DNA of 64,000 bases from Acidimicrobiales bacterium (GTDB lineage Bacteria > Actinomycetota > Acidimicrobiia > Acidimicrobiales > CAIXPF01), in the NCBI GenBank assembly GCA_038255145.1, contig JBBSLP010000006.1, positions 57,028 through 121,027 on the forward strand, written 5' to 3'. Below the pieces are notes generated by a model. It was given only the letters and a program-made list of their open reading frames with translations. It was not told the origin of the DNA and did no database searches. Position 1 is the first letter of the stretch; each line of letters begins with the position of its first letter. Shown here piece by piece: positions 1 to 7,048 of the stretch. Made by a program: the position numbers and the translations under genes.

Positions 1-375
1 GTCACCAAGCGGAACAAGCCCAGCTCGACCCGGATCGAGTACCGGGCGCCGGACCCGGCCTGCAACCCCTACCTGGCCTTCTCGGTCATCCTGGCCGCAG
101 GGATGAAGGGCATCGAGGAGGGCTACGAGCTGCCGCCCGAAGCCTCGAGCAACCTGTATGAGTTGTCCCCCGCCGAATGCGCGAAGCTGGGCATCGTGCC
201 GCTACCGGGATCGATGGGTGAGGCGCTCGATGAGATGGAGCGCTCAGAACTCGTCCACGAGGCCCTGGGAGACCACATCTTCGAGTGGTTCCTGCGCAAC
301 AAACGGGCCGAATGGGCCGAGTACCGCTCGCAGGTGACCCAGTTCGAGCTCGCTCGATACCTGCCGAGCTGGTGA
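1..375 (+). CDS. glnA: Glutamine synthetase type I, C-terminal part (5' end lies left of the window)
   Basis: Frame 1 is open from nt 1 to the TGA at 373-375. Translation VTKRNKPSSTRIEYRAPDPACNPYLAFSVILAAGMKGIEEGYELP...SNLYELSP...FEWFLRNKRAEWAEYRSQVTQFELARYL matches the conserved GSI C-terminal domain, including the NLY adenylylation-loop motif. Confidence 0.9.
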   Translation, partial: VTKRNKPSSTRIEYRAPDPACNPYLAFSVILAAGMKGIEEGYELPPEASSNLYELSPAECAKLGIVPLPGSMGEALDEMERSELVHEALGDHIFEWFLRNKRAEWAEYRSQVTQFELARYLPSW

Positions 376-388
376 CTGGCCGCCCTGG

Positions 389-1069
389 ATGCAACCTCTC
401 CTCGTCTACCCCGATCCGGCACCCGCCGAGCTGGCCCAGGCCCTCGACGCCAGCGGCTTCCCCTGGCGGGCTGTCCGCGACGCCGCCACCGCCGACGCCG
501 AAGAGCCCGAGGACGGCTGGTCGGGCGCGGTCATCGGGGCCGACCGTCGCCCCGACGACGCCTTCGCCCTGTGTTCGGCCCTGCGCAAGCGCGAGTTCCC
601 CCTCGAGCCCCTCCTGGTCGTCGTGGCCCCCGAGCAGCTCAAGGAGCTCGACCTGCGCTCGGACCTGCTCGACGACTTCCTGATCCTGCCCCTGCGCCAC
701 TCCGAGCTGAAGGCCCGCGTCGAGCACCAGTTCTGGCGCCGGGGTCGGGGCACCCGCCCCGAGCTCGTCGAGTACGGCGAGCTGGTGCTCAACCTCGAGA
801 CCTACCAGGCCGCCATCGGCCGCAAGCCGCTCGACCTCACGTACATGGAGTACGAGCTGCTGAAGTTCCTGGCCCAGCACCCGGGCAAGGTCTTCACCCG
901 GGAGACCCTGCTCAACCGGGTGTGGGGCTACGAGTACTACGGCGGCGCCCGCACGGTGGACGTCCACATCCGTCGCCTGCGGGCCAAGCTCGGCGAGGAG
1001 TTCGCCGGCCTCATCCAGACCGTGCGCTCGGTGGGCTACCGCTTCGGTCAGTCCCGCTGGTCGGGCTGA
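389..1069 (+). CDS. OmpR/PhoB-type winged-helix response regulator with atypical receiver (GlnR-like)
   Basis: 226-aa ORF starting at ATG 389. C-terminal LTYMEYELLKFLAQHPGKVFTRETLLNRVWGYEYYGGARTVDVHIRRLRAKLG...VRSVGYRF is a classic OmpR wHTH. The N-terminal half lacks the usual acidic DD pocket. The gene starts 14 nt after glnA. Confidence 0.85.
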   Translation: MQPLLVYPDPAPAELAQALDASGFPWRAVRDAATADAEEPEDGWSGAVIGADRRPDDAFALCSALRKREFPLEPLLVVVAPEQLKELDLRSDLLDDFLILPLRHSELKARVEHQFWRRGRGTRPELVEYGELVLNLETYQAAIGRKPLDLTYMEYELLKFLAQHPGKVFTRETLLNRVWGYEYYGGARTVDVHIRRLRAKLGEEFAGLIQTVRSVGYRFGQSRWSG

Positions 1070-1090
1070 ACCGGTCGGGCTGAACCGGTC
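1063..1090. repeat. Perfect tandem duplication of a 14-nt unit (gggctgaaccggtc x2) spanning the regulator stop codon
   Basis: nt 1063-1076 and 1077-1090 are identical. The first copy contains the TGA at 1067-1069. Confidence 0.8.
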
Positions 1091-1093
1091 GGC

Positions 1094-1249
1094 TCAGTAG
1101 TTGAGCTTGCGCCAGGTCTCGTCGCCCTCGGCCTCGGCCGTCTCCTTGCCGAGGAAGCCGAGGATGGCGGCCATGACCGCCCCCGACATGATCACCCCGA
1201 CGGGGATGGCCACCACGAGCACCACGACGATGATGAGGGCTCCGAGCAC
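1094..1249 (-). CDS. Small (51 aa) single-pass membrane protein, hypothetical
   Basis: GTG at 1249 is preceded by GGAGGA with a 7-nt spacer. Translation VLGALIIVVVLVVAIPVGVIMSGAVMAAILGFLGKETAEAEGDETWRKLNY. GC3 is high. The rest of the 348-aa track ORF looks like GC-rich noise. Confidence 0.5.
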   Translation of the reverse strand: MLGALIIVVVLVVAIPVGVIMSGAVMAAILGFLGKETAEAEGDETWRKLNY

Positions 1250-1308
1250 GGGCTGATCCTCCCACGTCGACGCCGGCGCGCTCCATCCGCGCCACAACAC
1301 GCCACCGA

Positions 1309-3024
1309 TCAGCGCAGGTGGACACCGGTGGGCCACTGCGGGGGGAAGCCCTGCCGCATCCACACCGCGGCGGCCACCGCGGCGAACACGGCGTCCGACG
1401 CGGCCACGGGTTCGGCCGACGAGGGGGCCAGGCGGACCTCGATGGGTGGGGTGTCCATGGCCCGCAGCACCCCCAGGGACCGCACGGTGAGGTCGACCGG
1501 GGTGCCGTCGGTGCCGACACCGATGCCTTCGGACGTCACCCACCCGGCGGCGGCATGGGCCGCACCCTGGTAGTACGAGCGGGCCACGACCTCGTCGAGG
1601 GGATCGCCGGCGTCGACGTGGACCACCAGGGACCCGTCGGCCCCCACCCTGGCCCGGACCCGCCCTCCACCGGGGGCGACCACCTCGTCGACGGTGCCGG
1701 TGGCCGCAGCCCGCAACACCACCCCCTCGGCCCAGCCCGCCGCCCGCAGGGCCATGCTGGTGGCGGGCCCCACCACCTCCACCTCGTCGATGTCCACGTC
1801 GAGGTCGGGGCCCAGGCCGGCGAGCAGGGCCTCGACCACCCCGGGTGTGGCCGCCACCCGCACCGACACCCGGCCACGGGCGGGGTCGACGCCGGCGGCC
1901 AGGGGTGGGCGCTTGGGACCATGGCGAACCGTGTCCTCCCGGCTCCACAGGACCCGCACCGGCCGTCCCGCCTCGTCGGCCAGACGCCGGGCCACGGCGG
2001 CCACCGGCGAGACCACCTTGCCTCCGAAGGCGCCGCCGTTGGCCAACGGGCTGGCCGGCGTGCCCCCCGGAGCGCACCACGACGCGTCGGGCTCGAGGTA
2101 GGCGGCATCGACCCACGCCGTCTGCAGGGTGATGGGCCACTCACCTGCGGGCACGGCCACGGGGTGGCGGAGCGCTTCGGTGCTGCGGCGTCCAGGTACC
2201 TGTCCGGCCGAGGCCCGGGCCTCGGCCAAGGTCTCGCCCACGGCCCAGCCCCCCCGGCCGTCGGCCACCGCCACCAGGGCGTCGGCGGGGGCCTCGTCGT
2301 CGGCGAAGCCACCCCGACCCAGGGCCACCTCCGGAGCCACCCGCTGGGGCCCGCCCCCCTCGAGCTGGGCCCGCCGCGCCGCCGCGACCAGGTCTCGACC
2401 GGCGACGCCGTCCACGGGCCCATCAGCCGCGGCCAGGGTCCAGGCGTCGAGGATGCTGCGCCACCCCGTGCACCGGCACAGGTGGGCCAACAGCGCCTGC
2501 TCGACGGCGGGCAGGTCGGCCGGTGTCGTGCCCCGCCGGTGCAGGGCCTCGAGGCGCACGATGATGCCCGGGGTGCAGAAACCGCACTGGCTGGCCCCGG
2601 TGGCGCAGAAGGCCTGGGCCCAGCGCTCGGCGGGCGGACCCAGGCCGTCGACCGTGGTGACGTGGCGGCCGGCCACCCGGCGCACCGGGGTGACGCAGGC
2701 GACACGGGCGGCACCGTCGACGAGCACGGTGCAGCACCCGCACTGGCCCTGGGGACTGCAGCCGTCCTTGGCCGAGCGGGCACCGAGGTGATCACGCAGG
2801 GCCTCGAGCAGGGAGGATCGCTCGTCCTCGACGGTGACGGGACGTCCGTCGAGGGTGAAGGAGGTGCTCACGGGCGCCGTCGGCGGCACTTCACGGGCGG
2901 CTGTCGACGCGTCGTCGCCGGCTGCTGACGCATCGTCGACAGGGACAGGGGGTGATGACACCGCGGCACGGGCCGAGGATAGGGTCGCCGCCGTGACCTC
3001 ATCGAGCGCCGGCCCGCGGCTCAA
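1309..3024 (-). CDS. Xanthine dehydrogenase/CO dehydrogenase-family protein: [2Fe-2S] small-subunit domain fused to a short molybdopterin-binding-like domain
   Basis: Both 2Fe-2S motifs are present: GCSPQGQCGCCTV...VAC and QCGFCTPG...LCRCTGW. The C-terminal ~350 aa carry GGAFGGK and SREDTVRHGPKRP motifs typical of Mo-hydroxylase large subunits. The start is uncertain: an in-frame GTG at 2871 (VSTSFTLDGRP) would remove the overlap with the divergent gene. Confidence 0.8.
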   Translation of the reverse strand: MSRGPALDEVTAATLSSARAAVSSPPVPVDDASAAGDDASTAAREVPPTAPVSTSFTLDGRPVTVEDERSSLLEALRDHLGARSAKDGCSPQGQCGCCTVLVDGAARVACVTPVRRVAGRHVTTVDGLGPPAERWAQAFCATGASQCGFCTPGIIVRLEALHRRGTTPADLPAVEQALLAHLCRCTGWRSILDAWTLAAADGPVDGVAGRDLVAAARRAQLEGGGPQRVAPEVALGRGGFADDEAPADALVAVADGRGGWAVGETLAEARASAGQVPGRRSTEALRHPVAVPAGEWPITLQTAWVDAAYLEPDASWCAPGGTPASPLANGGAFGGKVVSPVAAVARRLADEAGRPVRVLWSREDTVRHGPKRPPLAAGVDPARGRVSVRVAATPGVVEALLAGLGPDLDVDIDEVEVVGPATSMALRAAGWAEGVVLRAAATGTVDEVVAPGGGRVRARVGADGSLVVHVDAGDPLDEVVARSYYQGAAHAAAGWVTSEGIGVGTDGTPVDLTVRSLGVLRAMDTPPIEVRLAPSSAEPVAASDAVFAAVAAAVWMRQGFPPQWPTGVHLR

Positions 3025-3901
3025 CCGCCGTCAGCTCCTGGTCGGGGTGGCCGGCACCGCCCTGTTGGCCGCCTGTGGTGGCGGGGGTGCCAGCGGCGGC
3101 ACCGTCGACGACGAGGACCTGCGCTTCCTGGTGCCCTTCTTCGCCACCGGCGAGATGGAACCCCCCATCCTGCGCACCGGCGTCGAACAGCGCATGCCCT
3201 GGGGCATCGGCGACGGCGAAGGCATCCCGCTGGGGGCCGACGCCCTGCCCCCCACCATGGACATGGTGGTGAGCAGAGACGGCACCGCCATGGCCACCGT
3301 GACCGCCGCCCTGCACGGCGAAGGGGTGCCCAGCCCCTACTACGCCCTGCGCCACACCTTCGCCGACCCCGGTCGCTACGAGATCGCCGTCACCTTCGAC
3401 GGCGAGGAGCTGAAGCGCAACATCCAGGTGGCCGCACCCCAGGACCTGGTCCTGGTGCAACCGGGCGAGCGGGCCATGCCCGTGCTCACCCCGACGATCG
3501 CCGACAGCCGGGGCGTGGACCCCATCTGCACCCGTGACCCCCAGTGCCCGTTCCACGAGATGACCCTGGCCGATGCCCTGGCCAGTGGGAGCCCCACGGC
3601 CTTCCTCATCTCCACCCCCCTGTTCTGCCAGACGGCGGTGTGCGGGCCCGTGCTCGAGCTGCTCGTCGACGAGGCCGGCCGACGCCCCGGCCTCAACGTG
3701 ATCCACGCCGAGGTGTACGCCGACGCCGTGGCCAAGGGCAACGTGATCGGCGCTTCGCTGACCGAGGCCGTCAACGCCTACGCCCTGAGCTTCGAGCCCA
3801 GCCTGCTCATCATCGACGCCACGGGCATGGTGGCCGACCGCCTCGACTTCGTCTACGACGCGTCGGAGCTGCGCCTGGCCCTCGACAAGGTGACGGGCTG
3901 A
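2993..3901 (+). CDS. Tat-signal lipoprotein, hypothetical (Cys-rich C-terminal domain)
   Basis: GTG 2993 follows GAGGA. N-terminus VTSSSAGPRLNRRQLLVGVAGTALLAACGG has a twin-arginine motif plus a lipobox (LLAAC). GC3 is high. Several conserved-looking Cys residues (CTRDPQCPF, LFCQTAVCGP). Confidence 0.7.
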   Translation: MTSSSAGPRLNRRQLLVGVAGTALLAACGGGGASGGTVDDEDLRFLVPFFATGEMEPPILRTGVEQRMPWGIGDGEGIPLGADALPPTMDMVVSRDGTAMATVTAALHGEGVPSPYYALRHTFADPGRYEIAVTFDGEELKRNIQVAAPQDLVLVQPGERAMPVLTPTIADSRGVDPICTRDPQCPFHEMTLADALASGSPTAFLISTPLFCQTAVCGPVLELLVDEAGRRPGLNVIHAEVYADAVAKGNVIGASLTEAVNAYALSFEPSLLIIDATGMVADRLDFVYDASELRLALDKVTG

Positions 3902-3917
3902 CCGTCGCCGGACGCGG

Positions 3918-3945
3918 GACGGACCGCCCCGGAGGGCGGCCCGTC
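3918..3945. terminator. GC-rich hairpin between convergent genes (putative bidirectional terminator)
   Basis: GACGG-A-CCGCCC cgga GGGCGG-C-CCGTC: 5+6 bp stem with a 4-nt loop, 17 nt after the lipoprotein stop. No U-tract. Confidence 0.5.
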
Positions 3946-3965
3946 GAGAGATCTCGTGCGCTGCC

Positions 3966-4023
3966 TGTCAGCTGGAGGAAGAGCGTGTCAGCTGGAAGAC
4001 GCGCTCAGCTGAAGGAGGAGCCG
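3966..4023. repeat. Three tandem ~19-20-nt units, each with a CAGCTG core; the last overlaps the erpA stop
   Basis: Units: tgtcagctggaggaagagcg / tgtcagctggaagacgcgc / tcagctgaaggaggagccg. CAGCTG cores at 3969, 3989 and 4006. Confidence 0.6.
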
Positions 4024-4325
4024 CAGCCGCAGGTGCGCTGGGCGTTGGGGTTGTTGATGGAGAACCCCCCGCCCTGGAGGCTGTCCTTGTAGTCGAGGGC
4101 GGCGCCGGTCAGCATCTGGGCGCTGGTGGCGTCGACCACGACCTTGACCGGGCCGTAGCTGGTGACGATGTCGTCACTGGCCACCTCGGTGTCGAAGAAC
4201 ATCTCGTAGCTGAAACCGGAGCAGCCGCCGGGCCGTACGGCGACGCGCAGGGCGAGGTCGTCGACGCCTTCGGCGTCCATCAGTTCCCGGACCTTGGCTG
4301 ATGCCTGGTCGGTGACGGTGATCAC
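4005..4325 (-). CDS. erpA: Iron-sulfur cluster insertion protein, HesB/IscA/ErpA family
   Basis: VITVTDQASAKVRELM...GGCSGFSYEM...GGGFSINNPNAQRTCGCGSSFS, with the canonical C-x(n)-CGCG motif. GTG 4325 is preceded by GAGGAGG with a 7-nt spacer. Confidence 0.9.
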   Translation of the reverse strand: MITVTDQASAKVRELMDAEGVDDLALRVAVRPGGCSGFSYEMFFDTEVASDDIVTSYGPVKVVVDATSAQMLTGAALDYKDSLQGGGFSINNPNAQRTCGCGSSFS

Positions 4326-4375
4326 GTCAGGGCCTCCTCGATGGAGCATGGGTCGTTGACCGCGTAAGAGACAGC

Positions 4376-5182
4376 CTATCCAGCCGTCGACCCTGGCAAC
4401 AGCGTCGAGCCGACGGCCATTCCCCCGCCGTCGTCCACCCGGGCTCCCACCCCGTCCACCATGCCGTCCTCGAGGCCGTCGAAGCCGGCGTCGAAGCCAT
4501 CCCACCCGCCGTCGATCTCGACGTCGACCTGGCAGGGGTCCCGGTCCACCAGGGTGCGGAAGTCGCTGACCTCCCCCCCGCCGGCCCGGGTCACGAAGCC
4601 CTCGACCAGGCCCCGGTGCAGGCCGCACACCAGCTCGGGGTGTGATTCGGCCAGGTCCCGGAACGGGCAGTGGGCGAAGGCCACGGTGGCGCCGTTCGGG
4701 GTGGGCACCGCGGCGGGGTCGAACCCGAGCTCGGCCAGGCGCTGGACCAGGCCTCCCACGCACGCCGGTCCGGCTGCGCCCGCGGGTCGGGCCCGGTCGG
4801 CGTCCTGGCGGCCCTGCTCGCGGCCGATCTCGGTGGCGTCCTCGGCCCCGGCGCCGGCCTCGACGGCCAGGGACAGCAACATGCGGGCGGCGAAGGCGAA
4901 AACCGGGGGCTCGAGGCCCAGGGAGGGGGCGTCCGCCGCCAGGGCGTAGCGGTGCTGCGGTCGGCCCACACCGCCGCGACCGTCAACGTAGATGGCCAGC
5001 AGGCCCACGTCGCGCATGCGCTCGAGGTGGGGGCGCACCGTGTTGACGTGCAGGCCCAGGGTGTTGGCCACCTCGGCCGTCGAGCGGGGGTGGGGGGACC
5101 GGGCCAGCTCGAGGTAGATCGCGTACCGGGTGTTGTCACCGAGCGCCTTCAGCACATCGAGTCTGGCGGCCGGATCGCTCAC
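4376..5182 (-). CDS. ArsR-type wHTH transcriptional regulator with C-terminal Cys cluster (SufR-like)
   Basis: N-terminal LKALGDNTRYAIYLELAR...STAEVANTLGLHVNTVRPHLERMRDVGLL is an ArsR/SmtB-type HTH. C-terminal HCPFRDLAESHPELVCGLH...DPCQV resembles the Fe-S-sensing SufR class. Flanked by erpA and mrp. Confidence 0.75.
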   Translation of the reverse strand: MSDPAARLDVLKALGDNTRYAIYLELARSPHPRSTAEVANTLGLHVNTVRPHLERMRDVGLLAIYVDGRGGVGRPQHRYALAADAPSLGLEPPVFAFAARMLLSLAVEAGAGAEDATEIGREQGRQDADRARPAGAAGPACVGGLVQRLAELGFDPAAVPTPNGATVAFAHCPFRDLAESHPELVCGLHRGLVEGFVTRAGGGEVSDFRTLVDRDPCQVDVEIDGGWDGFDAGFDGLEDGMVDGVGARVDDGGGMAVGSTLLPGSTAG

Positions 5183-5196
5183 GGATCCAAGATTAC

Positions 5197-5210
5197 ACGG
5201 GCACTCCCGT
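5197..5210. promoter_or_regulatory. Perfect 5-4-5 palindrome ACGGGcactCCCGT between two back-to-back -10-like hexamers (candidate operator)
   Basis: TAATAT (5211-5216) lies 7 nt before the mrp GTG. TAATCT on the minus strand (5195-5190) lies 7 nt before the regulator GTG. The palindrome fills the gap. This is the only AT-rich patch in the 41-nt intergenic region. Confidence 0.4.
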
Positions 5211-5223
5211 TAATATTCACCAC

Positions 5224-6420
5224 GTGGCTGACCTGACGCACGCCCGACCCACCGCAGAGGACGTGCTGCACGTGTTGCGCGGCGTCATCGACCCCGAGCT
5301 CGGCAGCGACATCGTCGACCTGGGCATGGCCAGGCACGTGGTCGTCGACGACGACGGCAAGGTCACGGTGACCATCGCCCTGACCACGGCCGGCTGCCCC
5401 CTGCGGGCCCAGATCCAGCGCGACGTGCGCACCCGGGTGGCCGACATGGTCGGGGTCACCGAGGTGGCCCTGACCTGGACCGAGATGGACCAGGACGAGC
5501 GCACCGCGGCCATGGCCAAGGCCCGGTGGAACGTGCGGGACAAGGCGACGCAGACCGCGGTGCCCGCCACCACCAGGGTCATCTGCGTGGCGTCGGGCAA
5601 GGGCGGGGTGGGCAAGTCCTCGGTCACGGTGAACCTGGCCGTGGCCATGGCCGCCCGGGGACTGCGGATCGGCCTGCTCGACGCCGACATCTGGGGCTTC
5701 TCCATCCCCCGCATGCTGGGCATAGACGGCCGCCTGGAGGCCGCGGCCGACGGGCCTCGCAAGATCGTGCCCAAGATCCGCCCCGTGGCCGGCGGCGGCC
5801 ACCTCGAGGTGGTGTCGATGGGCTTCCTCGTCGACGGCGAGGACGAGGCCCTCATGTGGCGGGGCCTCATGCTCAACCGGGCCGTGCAGCACTTCCTCGA
5901 GGACGTGCGTTGGAGCGAGGACCTCGACTACCTGCTCATCGACATGCCCCCGGGCACCGGCGACGTGCAGCTGGGCCTGGCCCGCATGCTGCCCCAGGCC
6001 GAGATGCTGGTGGTCACCACGCCAGCCCGCGCCGCCCAGAAGGTGGCGGCCCGGGCCGCGACCATGGCTCGCAAGAGCTACCTGCGGGTGTGCGGGGTGG
6101 TCGAGAACATGTCCGAGTTCGTTGCCCCCGACGGCACCCGCCATGCCCTCTTCGGCGAGGGCGGCGGCGCGGCGCTGGCCGCCGACGTGGGTGCTCCCCT
6201 GCTGGCCCGCATCCCCATCGAGCCCGCAGTGGCCGCCGGTGGCGACGCCGGCGAGCCCGTTGCCCTGGGCGTCGGTCCCGCGGCCGAGGTGTTCCGGGCC
6301 CTGGCCGAGCGCATCGTCACCGACGTGGTCCCCCCCGTCGAGATGGCCGGATGTTCGGCCCGCATGGTGGCCGCCTTCGACGCCGCCTTCGACGCCGTGC
6401 ACCCCGCCAGCGCCAGCTGA
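5224..6420 (+). CDS. mrp: Mrp/ApbC/NBP35-family Fe-S cluster carrier ATPase with N-terminal DUF59-like domain
   Basis: VLHVLRGVIDPELGSDIVDLGM (DUF59-like). Deviant Walker A: ICVASGKGGVGKSSVTVNLA. Also LLIDMPPGTGD and GVVENMS motifs. Confidence 0.92.
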   Translation: MADLTHARPTAEDVLHVLRGVIDPELGSDIVDLGMARHVVVDDDGKVTVTIALTTAGCPLRAQIQRDVRTRVADMVGVTEVALTWTEMDQDERTAAMAKARWNVRDKATQTAVPATTRVICVASGKGGVGKSSVTVNLAVAMAARGLRIGLLDADIWGFSIPRMLGIDGRLEAAADGPRKIVPKIRPVAGGGHLEVVSMGFLVDGEDEALMWRGLMLNRAVQHFLEDVRWSEDLDYLLIDMPPGTGDVQLGLARMLPQAEMLVVTTPARAAQKVAARAATMARKSYLRVCGVVENMSEFVAPDGTRHALFGEGGGAALAADVGAPLLARIPIEPAVAAGGDAGEPVALGVGPAAEVFRALAERIVTDVVPPVEMAGCSARMVAAFDAAFDAVHPASAS

Positions 6421-6441
6421 CGGTGCCGGCGGCATCGCCGG

Positions 6442-6951
6442 TCAGATGGGGGGCAGGGACGGCGGGTCACGAGGATCGTCGTGGCCCGGAGCCGCGGGTC
6501 GGTGGCGCTCACCGATGTGCTCGTCGTCGACCACGATGACCTCGGACGTGACCCGACCGAAGCGGCTGGTGCGGGTGGTGACCCCGGCCTGGACCCGGCG
6601 CCCCAGCCGGCGCAGCACGAGCCGGCGCACCAGGGCCCGGGTCGGCGGCAACAGCAGGAACACGGCGAACAGGTCGGTGAGGAAGCCCGGTGCCACCAGC
6701 AGCACCCCGGCCAGGAGCACGAGCAGGCCGTCGACCAGGCTGCCCGTCGGTACCCGCCCGGCGTTCAGGTCGGCCTGGACCCGGGTGAACACGCCCACAC
6801 CGGCCCGCCGCACCACCCAGGCCCCCACCACGCTGATGAGCAGGAGCAGGCCGACGGTGTCGAGCACGCCGATGCCGTGGGCCACCTGGACGATGAGGTA
6901 GAGCTCGATGACGGGCAGGACGATGAACAGGAGCGCCAGCACCGGCAACAT
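6442..6951 (-). CDS. fxsA: FxsA-family cytoplasmic membrane protein
   Basis: MLPVLALLFIVLPVIELYLIVQVAHGIGVLDTVGLLLLISVVGAWVVRR...APGFLTDLFAVFLLLPPTR is the typical FxsA pattern. Confidence 0.85.
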   Translation of the reverse strand: MLPVLALLFIVLPVIELYLIVQVAHGIGVLDTVGLLLLISVVGAWVVRRAGVGVFTRVQADLNAGRVPTGSLVDGLLVLLAGVLLVAPGFLTDLFAVFLLLPPTRALVRRLVLRRLGRRVQAGVTTRTSRFGRVTSEVIVVDDEHIGERHRPAAPGHDDPRDPPSLPPI

Positions 6952-7048
6952 CGTCCGAGCGTAGGCATGTCGTCGACCCCGAGCGGAGGGGTACGCACGG
7001 ACCTGGCCGACGACACCGCGGCGAGTGCCCGGCGCCTAACGTGCGACC

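Noticed and set aside
3899-4007. Selenocysteine read-through of the lipoprotein TGA (a hairpin starts 17 nt downstream; the in-frame extension of 36 codons contains two Cys)
   Set aside because: GC3 of the extension drops to background after ~15 codons. The hairpin looks like a convergent-gene terminator and has no recognisable bSECIS apical features. C-terminal Sec extensions are not a known bacterial pattern. This is worth only a quick homology check.
6952-7048. Possible tRNA-Sec (selC) in the fxsA-selA gap or after selB (10075-10145)
   Set aside because: The gap 6952-7048 contains neither TCA nor TGA, so no Sec anticodon is possible on either strand. No acceptor/T-arm pairing is apparent in either gap.
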